A stretch of DNA of 64,000 nucleotides, taken from the NCBI RefSeq assembly GCF_036365525.1, contig NW_027140825.1:1240001-1304000 (forward strand). Reading direction: 5' to 3'. The position numbers and the translations under genes are program-made. How positions within the stretch are numbered: the stretch's first letter is position 1; each line of letters begins with the position of its first letter. Origin of the DNA: Heterodontus francisci (lineage: Eukaryota). Below the pieces are notes generated by a model. It worked only from the letters and a program-made list of their open reading frames with translations. It searched no databases and was not told where the DNA came from. Below, piece after piece: positions 47,411 to 60,000 of this stretch.

Positions 47411-49423
47411 CAAGAACAAAGAACAAAGAACAAAGAAAATTACAGCACAGGAACAGGCCCTTCGGCCCTCCAAGCCTACGCCGATACAAATCCTCTATCT
47501 AAACCTGTCGCCTATTTTCTAAGGGTCTGTATCTCTTTACTTCCTGCCCATTCATGTATCTGTCTAGATACATCTTAAAAGACGCTATCGTGCCTGCGTC
47601 TACCACCTCCGCTGGTAATGCGTTCCATGCACCCACCACCCTCTGCGTAAATAACTTTCCACGCATATCCCCCCTAAACTTTTCCCCTTTCACTTTGAAC
47701 TCATGTCCCCTTGTAATTGAATCCCCCACTCTGGGAAAAAGCTTCTTGCTATCCACTCTGTCTATACCTCTCATGATTTTGTACACCTCAATCAGGTCCC
47801 CCCTCAACCTCCGTCTTTCTAATGAAAATAATCCTAATCTACTCAACCTCTCTTCATAGCTAGCGCCCTCCATACCAGGCAACATCCTGGTGAACCTCCT
47901 CTGCACCCTCTCCAAAGCATCCACATCCTTTTGGTAATGTGGCGACCAGAACTGCACGCAGTATTCCAAATGTGGCCGAACCAAAGTCCTATACAACTGT
48001 AACATGACCTGCCAACTCTTGTACTCAATACCCCGTCCGATGAAGGAAAGCATGCCGTATGCCTTCTTGACCACTCTATTGACCTGCGTTGCCACCTTCA
48101 GGGAACAATGGACCTGAACACCCAAATCTCTCTGGACATCAATTTTCCCCAGGACATTTCCATTTACTGTATAGTTCACTCTTGAATTGGATCTTCCAAA
48201 ATGCATCACCTCGCATTTGCCCTGATTGAACTCCATCTGCCATTTCTCTGCCCAACTCTCCAGTCTATCTATATTCTGCTGTATTCTCTGACAGTCCCCT
48301 TCACTATCTGCTACTCCACCAATCTTAGTGTCGTCTGCAAACTTGCTAATCAGTCCACCTATACTTTCCTCCAAATCATTTATGTATATCACAAACAACA
48401 GTGGTCCCAGCACGGATCCCTGTGGAACACCACTGGTCACACGTCTCCATTTTGAGAAACTCCCTTCCACTGCTACTCTCTGTCTCCTGTTGCCCAGCCA
48501 GTTCTTTATCCATCTAGCTAGCACACCTTGGACCCCAAGCGCCTTCACTTTCTCCATCAGCCTACCATGGGGAACCTTATCAAACGCCTTACTGAAGTCC
48601 ATGTATATGACATCTACAGCCCTTCCCTCATCAATCAACTTTGCCACTTCCTCAAAGAATTCTATTAAGTTGGTAAGACATGACCTTCCCTGCACAGAAC
48701 CATGTTGCCTATCACTGATGAGCCCATTTTCTTCCAGATGGGAATAGATCCTATCCCTCAGTATCTTCTCCAGCAGCTTCCCTACCACTGACGTCAGGCT
48801 CACCGGTCTATAATTACCTGGATTATCCCTGCTACCCTTCTTAAACAAGGGGACAACATTAGCAATTCTCCAGTCCTCCGGGACCTCACCCGTGTTTAAC
48901 GATGCTGCAAAGATATCTGTTAAGGCCCCAACTATTTCCTCTCTGGCTTCCCACAGTAACCTGGGATAGATCCCATCCGGACCTGGGGACTTGTCCACCT
49001 TAATGCCTTTCAGAATACCCAACACTTCCTACCTCCTTATGCCGACTTGACCTAGAGTAATCAAACATTTGTCCCTAACCTCAACATCCCTCATGTCCCT
49101 CTCCTCGGTGAATACCGATGCAAAGTACTCGTTTCGAATCTCACCCATTTTCTCTGAGTCCAAGCATAACTTTCCTCCTTTGTCCTTGAGTGGGCCAATC
49201 CTTTCTCTAGTTACCCTCTTGCTCCTTATATATGAATAAAAGGCTTTGGGATTTTCCTTAACCCTGTTTGCTAAAGCTATTTCATGACCCCTTTCAGCCC
49301 TCTTAATTCCTCGTTTCAGATTGTGCCTACAATCCCGATATTCTTTCAAAGCTTCGGCTTTCTTCAGCCGCCTAGACCTTATGTGTGCTTCCTTTTTCCT
49401 CTTAGCTAGTCTCACAATTTCAC
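47411..49423 (-). mobile_element. Young 5'-truncated CR1 LINE with an uninterrupted 508-aa RT-containing ORF (47499-49025)
   Basis: DKSPGPDG, NYRPVSLTS, MDFSKAFDKVPH, GVPQGSVLGP, FADD; (TTCTTTG)n tail; frame break near 49027. Confidence 0.95.
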
Positions 49424-50859
49424 CAAGATCCCACAATTTCATTTCACCCTCAAATTCAGGGCACTGCCCAAAACACCATCATTACTCCGGAATTGTACTG
49501 GCTTCAAGCTCAGGACTTTAATTCCAGGCCTTCAGATAATGCAAATATGCAGATAATCTGTTTTTAGTGCACAGCAAGATCCCAGCAATGTTGACACTTC
49601 AATATTCAGTGTACCAAGCTTTTGAGTGTGGATTTCTCTCTCTCTCGCCCTCTCTCTGTCTTTCTCCATCTTTCTCTGCCTTCCCTCCCTCACCCACACT
49701 CTGCCTGTCTCTCTCTCTCTCTGTTTAACCTGCCACCTCCAGCTGTTTCTCACTCTCTCTCTTTTTCTCTCCATCTGTTTCTGCCTCAGTGTTGGATGCA
49801 GGAATTGATTCAGGGAATGTATGCACAGCAGGATCCCACAATGTGATCATAGCCAAATATCCCATCACAGTCCTCAGAAAATGCTAAACTCCATCGTTAA
49901 ACTAATGCCAAGTCTTTATACAGCTTCACGTTCAGCTCTTGCAATTATTGTAAAATTCTTCTAAAAACACAGATAAATCCACACTCAGACCCTCAGGAAG
50001 CTGAATTTGAAACTGTTGTCATGGAAGAAATGCTGCAGGCCACTAGATGCACAGCACGATCCCACAAGCAGCAATGTGATAATAGCCAGATTTCAGTCCC
50101 CAGAAAGAGCGAATCCCTCCTGAAACTGGGAACAAGCTGCTGATTCCGTCTCACTATTTCAAATCACGACAAATCGCATTGCTGTGTGTGGCATGTTTTT
50201 TTATTTGTTAAAGCTTTAAATGGAGAAGGCGAGTGTGAAACAGAGTCAGAGAAGAGAAAACATGGCGGGAGATAGAGACACAGGGAAAGAATGTGGAGAC
50301 AGAGAGAAAGCTAACTTCAGAACTACAGTAAAATGAATTAAAATGGGCATCGTGCATCTTTTTTCTCTAAGTTCACGAAGCATTGCCCAAAACATCAGCA
50401 AACCTCACAGACAGGGCTGGATGGAACAAGTGCAAATGGGACCCTCAGGGTTTTTTTGTGTGCTGAAACCTTTTTCAGTGTCCAGTCCCTTCAACTTTTA
50501 ATAAAATCTGTTGAACACAAATAAATGTAAGGTTTCTCCTACAAGCTGTTTTGTCCTCCTTCTTCCACTGTCACTTACCGTCACTCCCTATCTCTCTCTG
50601 TGTCTCTCACAGGACTGGGCAGACACAGGGGATTGTTACAGAGGTTCTGTTGGCCATTGTTAGTGTCATCAGTGTGGATTGTAAAATTTGTGTGTGTGTG
50701 TGTGTGTGTGTCTGTCAGTCTCTGTGTGTGTCTGTGTGTGTCTACATGTTTGTGTGTGTGAGAGAGAGAATCTCAGGGTCACCTCTCTGCATCTCTATCT
50801 CTCCTTCTCTCTCCGTTTCTCCTTCTCTCTCGATCTCTCCCTCTCTCAGTCTGCCCTTC

Positions 50860-51092
50860 TCATAGAAACATAGAAAATAGGAGCAGGAGCAGGCCATTCG
50901 GCCCCTCGGGTCTGCTCTGCCATTCAATAAAGATCATGACCAATGGGCTAATTCAGTACCCTGTTCCTACTTTCTCCCCATAGCCCTTGATCCCTTTGAC
51001 ACTAAGAAATATATCTCTTCCCTCCTTGAATATCTTTAATGACTTGGCCTCCACTGCCTTCTGCGGCAGAGAATTCCACAGGTTCACCACCC
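50860..51092 (-). mobile_element. Short CR1 3' end
   Basis: CATAGAAACATAGAAAATAGGAGCAGGA..GGCCATTCGGCCC tail. Confidence 0.8.
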
Positions 51093-54000
51093 CCTTCCCC
51101 ATCTCTCTCTCCCCCTCTATCTCCCTCTCCCCCTCTATCTCCCTCGCCCCCCTCTATCGCCCTCTCCCCTCTATCTCCCTCTCCCTCTTGATCTCCCTCT
51201 CCCCCTTGATCTCCCTCTCTCCCCTCAATCTCCCTCTCCCCCCTCGATTTCCCTCTCCCCCCTCGATCTCCCTCTCCCCCCTCGATCTCCCTCGGCCCAT
51301 CCATCTCACTCTCCCCCTCTATCTCCCTCTCCCGCTCTCTCTGCCTCTCCCCCTCTATCTACCCCTCTATCTCCCTCTCCCCCTCTAANNNNNNNNNNNN
51401 NNNNNNNNNNNNNNNNNNNNNNNNNNNNNNNNNNNNNNNNNNNNNNNNNNNNNNNNNNNNNNNNNNNNNNNNNNNNNNNNNNNNNNNNNNNNNNNNNNNN
51501 NNNNNNNNNNNNNNNNNNNNNNNNNCTCCCCCCTCTATCTACCCCACTATCTCCCTCTCCCCCTCTAGCTCTTTCTCCCCACTCTCTCTCCCTCTCCCCT
51601 CTTTCTCCCTCCCCCTCTCTCCCTCCCCCTCTCTCTCCCACTCCCCCCTCTCTCTCCCCTTTCTCTCTCTCTCCCCCTTTCTCTCTCTCTCCCCTTTCTC
51701 TCCCTCGCCCCCTCTCCCGCCCTCTCCCCCTCTCTCGCCCTCTCCCCCTCTCTCGCCCTCTCCCCCTCTCACCCCTTCTCACCCCTCTCTCACCCCCTCT
51801 CACTCCCTCTCACCCCCTCTCTCTCCCTCTCCCCTCTCTTTCATCCCCTCCCCCTCTCTCTCTCCCCTCTCTCTCTCCCCCTCTCTCTCTCCCCCCTCTC
51901 TCTCTCCCCCATCACTCTCTTCCCCCTCTATCTCTCTCTGCCCCCTCTATATCTCTCTTCCCCCTCTATCTCTCTCTCTTCCCCTACAACTCTTTCTCCC
52001 CATCTCTCTCTGTCGTTGTCTTTCGCTATCACTGTCTCTGTCTCTCTCTCTCACTGACGCTCCCTTTCTCTCTGTTTCTTTCTGTGTCTCTATCTCTCTC
52101 TTTCTGTCTTTCTCTCTCTCTCTGACTCTCTCTCTCTCTCTCTCTTTCATTCTCTGTTACTCTTTCGCTCTTTGCTTCTGTCCATGACTCTATTTGTGTC
52201 TCTCTCGCACCATCTCTGCCATTCTCTCTCTGTATCTCTCTCTCTCACTGTCTCTGTATCTTCCTCTCAGTATCTCTGTCTCCCTCTCTATTTCTACCGC
52301 TTCCTCTCAGTCTCTCTCTCTCTGTCCCTCCATCTGTCTTTCCCTCCCTGTCACTCCATCTCTCTCCTTCTCTCTCTGTCCCTCCATCTGTCTTTCCCTC
52401 CCTGTCACTCCCTTTCCTTCTGTTTCTGTCTCTCCCTCTCTCTCTGTCTCTCCCTCTCTCCCTCTCTTTCACTGCCTCTGTCCATAACTCTGTCTGTGTC
52501 TCTATGACACCATTTCTCCCTTTCTGTTTCCCCGTCTCTCTTTCTTTTCATCTCTCCCTTCCTCCCTCGCTCCCAATAGAGCAATGGTTTCAACCATATT
52601 TCCTTCTTTCTTTACCCCTCCCTCTCTGTCCCTCTCTCTCCTTCTATCTCTGCCTCTGCCTCTCTCTCTGTATCCCTCAGTCCCTCCATCTGTCTTTACC
52701 TCTCTGTCACTCCCATCTCTCCTTCTATCTCTGCCTCACTCTCTTTCTATCCCTCCATCTGCCCTTCCATTCCTGTCAATCCCCCTCACTCCTTCTCTCT
52801 CTGACTCTCTCTCTCTGTCCCTCCATCTGTCCTTCCCTCCCTGTCACTCCGTCTCTCTCCTTCTATCTCTGTCTCTCTCTCTGTCCCTCCATCTGTCTTT
52901 CCCTCCCTGACACTCCCTCTCTCTCCTTCTATCTCTGTCTCTCTCTGTCCCTCCATCTGTCTTTCCCTCCCTGACACTCCCTCTCTCTCTTTCTATCTCT
53001 GCCTCTCTCTGTCCCTCCATCTGTCTTTCACTCTCTGTCTCTCCCACTCTCTCCTTCTATCTATCGCTCTCTCTCTGTCCCTCCATCTGTCTTTCCCTCT
53101 CTGTCTCACCCCCTCTCTCCTTCTATCTCTCCCTCTCTCTCTGTCCCGCCATCTGTCCTTCCCTCCCTGACACTCCATTTCTCTCCTTCTATCTCTGTCT
53201 CTCACTCTATCCCTCCATCTGCCTTTCCCTCCCTGTCACTCCATCTCTCTCCTTGTCTCTCTATCTCGCACTCTATCCCTCCATCTGTCCTTCTCTCCCT
53301 GTCACTCCATCTCTCTCCTTCTATCTCTGTGTCTCTCTCTCTCTGTCCCTCCATCTATCTTTCCCTCTCCATCTCTCCCTCTCTCTCCTTCTCTCTCTGT
53401 CTCTCTCTCTGTCTCACCATCTGTCTTCCCATCCCCGTCACTCACTCTCTCTCCTATCTATATCTCTGTCTCTCTCTCTTTCCCTCCATCTGTCTTTCTC
53501 TCCCTGATACTCCCTCTCTCTCCTTCCCTCTCTGTCTTTCTTTATGTCGCTCCATTTGTCTTTCCCTGCCAGTCACTCCCTCTCTCTCATTCTATCTCAT
53601 CTCTCTCACTGACGCTCCCTTTCTGTCTGTTTCTTTCTGTGTCTCTATCTCTCTCTTTCTGTCTGTCTCTCTCTCTCTCTGACTCTCTCTCTCTCTCTCT
53701 GTTACTCTCTCTCTCTCTGTGCTTCTGTCCATGACTCTATTTGTGTCTCTCTCACACCATCTCTGCCTTTCTCTCTCTCTATCTCACTCTCTCACTGTCT
53801 CTTTATCTTCCTCTCCATATCTCTGTCTCCCTTTCTATTTCTACCTCTTCCTCTCTGTTTCTCTCTGTCCCTCCATCTGTCTTTCGCTCCCTGTCACTCC
53901 ATCTCTCTCCTTCTCTCTCTGCCCCTCCATCTGTCTTTCCCTCCCCGTCACTCCCTCTCTCTCCTTCTATCTCTGTCTCTCCCTCTTTCTCTCTCTCTGT

Positions 54001-57000
54001 CTCTCCCTCTCTCCCTCTCTTTCACTGCCTCTGTCCATAACTCTGTCTGTGTCTCTATGACACCATTTCTCCCTTTCTGTTTCCCCGTCTCTCTTTCTTT
54101 TCATCTCTCCCTTCCTCCCTCGCTCCCAATACAGCAATGGTTTCAACCATATTTCCTTCTTTCTTGATCCCTCCCTCTATGTCCCTCTCTCTCCTTCTAT
54201 CTCTGTCTCTTCCTCTCTCTCTGTATCCCTCAGTCCCTCCATCTATCTTTACCTCTCTGTCACTCCCTCTCTCTCCTTCTATCTCTGCCTCTCTCTCTTT
54301 CTATCCCTCCATCTGCCCTTCCATTCCTGTCAATCTCCCTCACTCCTTCTCTCTCTGTCTCTCTCTCTCTGTCCCTCCATCTGTCCTTCCCTCCCTGTCA
54401 CTCCGTCTCTCTCCTTCTATCTCTGTCTCTCTCTGTCCCTCCATCTGTCTTTCCCTCTCTGTCTCTCCCACTCTCTCCTTCTATCTATCGCTCTCTCTCT
54501 GTCCCTCCATCTGTATTTCCCTCTCTGTCTCACCCCCTCTCTCCTTCTATCTATCGCTCTCTCTCTGTCCCTCCATCTGTATTTCCCTCTCTGTCTCACC
54601 CCCTCTCTCATTCCATCTCTGCCTCTCACTCTCGGTCTCTCCATCTGTCTTTCCATCTCTGTCTCTCCATCTCTCTCCTTCTCTCTCTCTCTGTCTCTTC
54701 ATCTGTCTCCCCCCCCACATCGTCACTCCCTCTTTCTCCTTCTAACTCTGTCTCTGCCTCGCTCTCTGTCTCTCTCTCTATCCCTCCATCTGTCCTTCCC
54801 TCCCTGTCACTCCATCTCTCTCCTTCTCTCTCTGTCTCTCTCTCTGTCCCTCCATCTGTCTTTCCCTCCCTGACACTCCCTCTCTCTCTCCTTCTATCTC
54901 TGTCTCTCTCTATCCCTCCATCTGTCTTTCCCTCTCTGTCTCTCCCTCTCTCTCCTTCTATCTCTCCCTCTCTCTCTGTCCCGCCATCTGTCTTTCCCTC
55001 CCTGACACTCCCTCTCTCTCCCTTTTTTCTCTGTCTCTCTCTCTCTGTCCCTGCATCTGTCTTTCCCTCCCTGACACTCCCTCTCTCTTCTTCTCTCTCT
55101 GTCTCTCTCTCTGTCCCTCCATCTGTCTTTCCCTCCCTGACACTCCCTCTCTCTCCTTCTATCTCTGTCTCTCTCTATCCCTCCATCTGTCTTTCCCTCT
55201 CTGTCTCTCCCTCTCTCTCCTTCTATCTCTCCCTCTCTCTCTGTCCCGCCATCTGTCTTTCCCTCCCTGACACTCCCTCTCTCTCCCTTTTTTCTCTGTC
55301 TCTCTCTCTGTCTGTCCATCTGTCTTTCCCTACCTGTGACTCCCTCACTGCTTGCATCTCTGCCTCTCTCTCTCTTTCTCTCCATCTGTCTTTCACTCTG
55401 TCTCTCCCACTCTCTCCTTCTCTCTCTGTCACTCCATCAGTCTCGCCGCTCCCGCCCCCACCATCACCCGATCTCTCTCCTTCTCTCTCTGCCTCTCTCT
55501 CTGTCCCTCCATCTGTCCTTCCCTCCCTGTCACTCCATCTCTCTCCTTCTCTCTCTGCCTCTCTCTCTGTCCCTCCATCTGTCTTTCCCTCCCTGACACT
55601 CCCTCTCTCTCCTTCTATCTCTGTCTCTCTCTATCCCTCCAACAGTCTTCCCCTCTCTGTGACTCCCTCTCTCTCCTTCCATGTGTCTTTCTCTCTCTCT
55701 CTGTCTCTCCACCTGCCTTTCCCTCCCTGACACTACCTCTCTCCCCTTCTATCTCTCTCTCTCTCTCTCTATCCCTCCATCAGTCCTTCCCTCCCTGTCA
55801 CTCCATCTCTCTCCTTCTCGCTCTGTCTCCCACTCTGTCGCTCCATCTGCCTTTCCCTTCCTGACACACCACCTCTCTCCTTCTCTCTCTGTCTCTCACT
55901 CTGTCCCTCCATCTGTCTTTCCCACCCAGACACACCCTCTCTCTCATCTATCTCTGTCTCTCACTCCATCCCTCCATCTGTCCTTCCCTCCCTGTTACTC
56001 CATCTCTCTCCTTCTATCGCTGTCTCTCTCTCTCTCTGTCCCTCCATCTGTCCTTCCCTCCCTGTCACTCCATCTCTCTCCTTCTATCTATCTCTCTCTC
56101 TCTCTCTGTCCCTCCATCTGTCTTTCCCTTTCAGTCCCTCCCTCTCTCTCCTTCTATCTCTGTATCTCTCTCTCTCTGCCCCTCCATCTGTCCTTCCCTC
56201 CCTGTCACTCCATCTCTCTCCTTCTCTCCGTCTCTCTCACTCTGTCCCTACATCTGTCTTTCTCTCCCTGACACTCCCTCTCTCTCCTTCCATCTCTGCC
56301 TCTCACTCTCTGTCCCTCCAACAGTCTTTCCCTCTCTGTGACTCCCTCTCTCTCCTTCTCTCTCTGTCTTTCTATCTGTCGCTCCATCTATCTTTCCCTG
56401 CCTGTCACTCCCTCTCTCTCATTTCATCTCTGCCTCTCACTCTCTGTCCCTCCATCTGTCCTTCCCTCCCAGTCACTCCATCTCTCTCCTTCTCTCTCTG
56501 TCTCTCACTCTGTCCCTCCATCTGTCCTTTCCTTCCTGGCAATCCCTCTCTTTCCTTCTATCTCTGTCTCTGCCACTCTCTCTGTCTCTCTCTCTCTGTC
56601 CCTCCATCTGTCTTTCCCTCTCTGTCTCTCCGTCTCTCTATCCCACCATCTGTCCTTCCCTCCCTGTCACTCCCCCTCTCTCCTTCTCTCTCTGTCTCTC
56701 TCTCTCTGTCTCTCCATCTGTCTTCCCCTCCCCGTCACACCCTCTCTCTCCTTCTATCTCTATCTCTGTCTCTCTCTCTGTCCCTCCACTTCTCTTTCCC
56801 GCCCTGTCACTCCCACTGTCTGCTTCTATCTCTGTCTCTCTCTCTCAATCCCTCCATCTGCCCTTCCCTCCCTGTCACACCCTCTCTGTCCTTCTCTCTC
56901 TGTCTTTCTCTCTGTCTCTCCATCTGTCTTTCCCTGCCTGTAACTCCATCTCTCACCTTCCATCACTGCCTCTCACTCTCTGTCTCTCCATATCTCTCCT

Positions 57001-60000
57001 TCTATCTCTGTCTCTCTCTCTCTGTCCCTCCATCTGTCTTCTCCCCCCCTCCGTCACGCCATCTCTCTGCTTCTATCTCTGTCTCTCTCCCTCTGTCCCT
57101 CCATCTGTCCTTCCCTCATTGTCACTACATCTCTCTCCTTCTATCTCTCTCACTCCCTCTCTTACCCTCCATCTGTCTTTCCCTCTCTGTCCCTCCCTCT
57201 CTCTCCTTCTATCACTGTCTCTATCTCTCTGTCTCTCCATCTGCCCTTCCCTCTTTGACACTCCCTCTCTCTCCTTCTCTCTCTGTCTTTCTATCTGTCG
57301 CTCCATCTGTCCTTCCCTCCCAGTCACTCCATCTCTCTCCTTCTCTCCGTCTCTCTCTCTCTGTCTCTCCATCTGTCTTCCCCACCCCCTGTCACTCACT
57401 CTCACTCCTTTTATCTCTATCTCTGTCTCTCTCTCTGTCCCTCCATCTATATTACCCTCTCTGTCACTCCCACCCTCTCCTTCTATCTCTCTCCCTCACA
57501 CTCTGTCCCTCCATCTGTCTTTCTCTCCCTGACACTCCCTCTCTCTCCTTCCATCTCTGCCTCTCACTCTCTGTCTCTCCATCTGTCTTTCCCTCTCTGT
57601 CTCTCCATCTCTCTCCTTCTCTCTCTCTCTGTCTCTTCATCTGTCTCCCCCCCCACCCCGTCACTCCCTCTTTCTCTTTCTAACTCTGTCTCTGCCTCGC
57701 TCTCTGTCTCTCTCTCTATCCCTCCATCTGTCCTTCCCTCCCTGTCACTCCATCTCTCTCCTTCTCTCTCTGCCTCTCACTCTATCCCTCCATCTGTCTT
57801 CCCCTCCGCGTCACACCCTCTCTCTCCTTCTATCTCTATCCCTGTCTATCTCTCTGTCCCTCCACTTCTCTTTCCCTCCCTGTCACACCCACTCTCTGCT
57901 TCTATCTCTGTCTCTCTCTCTCAATCCCTCCATCTATCCTTCCCTCCCTGTCACACCCTCTCACTCCTTCTCGCTCTGTCTCTCTCTCTGGCTCTCCATC
58001 TGTCTTTCCCTGCCTGTCACTCCCTCTCTCACCTTCCATCACGGCCTCTCACTCTCTGTCTCTCCAACTCTCTTTCCCTCTCTATCTCTGCATATCTTTC
58101 CTTCTATCTCTGTCTCTCTCCCTCTGTCCCTCCATCTGTCCTTCCCTCATTGTCACTCCATCTCTCTCCTTCTATCTCTCTCTCTTTCCCTCCATCTGTC
58201 TTTCCCTCTCTGTCCCTCCCTCTCTCTCCTTCTATCTCTGTCTCTCTCTCTATCCCTCCATCTGCCATTCCCTCCCTGAAACTCCCTCTCTTTCCTTGCC
58301 TCTCTGTCTCTCACTCTATCCCTCCATCGTCCTTCCCACACTGTCACTCCATCTCTCTCCTTCTATCGCTGTCTCTCTCTCTCTCTCTCTGTCCCTCCAT
58401 CTGTCCTTCCTTCCCTGTCACTCCATCTCTCTCCTTCTATCTATCTATCTCTCTCTCTCTCTGTCCCTCCATCTGTCTTCCCTCTCAGTCCCACCCTCTC
58501 TCTCCTTCTATCTCTGTATCTCTCTCTCTGCCCCTCCATCTGTCCTTCCCTCCCTCTCACTCCATCTCTCTCCTTCTCTCCGTCTCTCTCACTCTGTCCC
58601 TACATCTGTCTTTCCCTCCCTGACACTCCCTCTCTCTCCTTCCATCTCTGCCTCTCACTCTCTGTCCCTCCATCTGTCCTTCCCTCCCCCTCACTCCATC
58701 TCTCTCCTTCTCTCCGTCTCTCTCTCTCTGTCTCTCCATCTGTCTTCCCCACCCCCTGTCACTCACTCTCACTCCTTTTATCTCTATCTCTGTCTCTCTC
58801 TCTGTCCCTCCATCTATATTACCCTCTCTGTCACTCCCACCCTCTTCTTCTATCTCTCTCCCTCACACTCTGTCCCTCCATCTGTCTTTCTCTCCCTGAC
58901 ACTCCCTCTCTCTCCTTCCATCTCTGCCTCTCACTCTCTGTCTCTCCATCTGTCTTTCCCTCTCTGTCTCTCCATCTCTCTCCTTCTCTCTCTCTCTGTC
59001 TCTTCATCTGTCTCCCCCCCACCCCGTCACCCCCTCTTTCTCTTTCTAACTCTGTCTCTGCCTCGCTCTCTGTCTCTCTCTCTATCCCTCCATCTGTCCT
59101 TCCCTCCCTGTCACATCATCTCTCTCCTTCTCTCTCTGCCTCTCACTCTATCCCTCCATCTGTCTTCCCCTCCGCGTCACACCCTCTCTCTCCTTCTATC
59201 TCTATCCCTGTCTATCTCTCTGTCCCTCCACTTCTCTTTCCCTCCCTGTCACACCCACTCTCTGCTTCTATCTCTGTCTCTCTCTCTCAATCCCTCCATC
59301 TATCCTTCCCTCCCTGTCACACCCTCTCTCTCCTTCTCGCTCTGTCTCTCTCTCTGGCTCTCCATCTGTCTTTCCCTGCCTGTCACTCCCTCTCTCACCT
59401 TCCATCACGGCCTCTCACTCTCTGTCTCTCCAACTCTCTTTCCCTCTCTATCTCTGCATATCTTTCCTTCTATCTCTGTCTCTCTCCCTCTGTCCCTCCA
59501 TCTGTCCTTCCCTCATTGTCACTCCATCTCTCTCCTTCTATCTCTCTCTCTTTCCCTCCATCTGTCTTTCCCTCTCTGTCCCTCCCTCTCTCTCCTTCTA
59601 TCTCTGTCTCTCTCTCTATCCCTCCATCTGCCATTCCCTCCCTGAAACTCCCTCTCTTTCCTTGCCTCTCTGTCTCTCACTCTATCCTTCCATCGTCCTT
59701 CCCACACTGTCACTCCATCTCTCTCCTTCTATCGCTGTCTCTCTCTCTCTCTCTCTGTCCCTCCATCTGTCCTTCCTTCCCTGTCACTCCATCTCTCTCC
59801 TTCTATCTATCTATCTCTCTCTCTCTCTGTCCCTCCATCTGTCTTCCCTCTCAGTCCCACCCTCTCTCTCCTTCTATCTCTGTATCTCTCTCTCTGCCCC
59901 TCCATCTGTCCTTCCCTCCCTCTCACTCCATCTCTCTCCTTCTCTCCGTCTCTCTCACTCTGTCCCTACATCTGTCTTTCTCTCCCTGACACTCCCTCTC

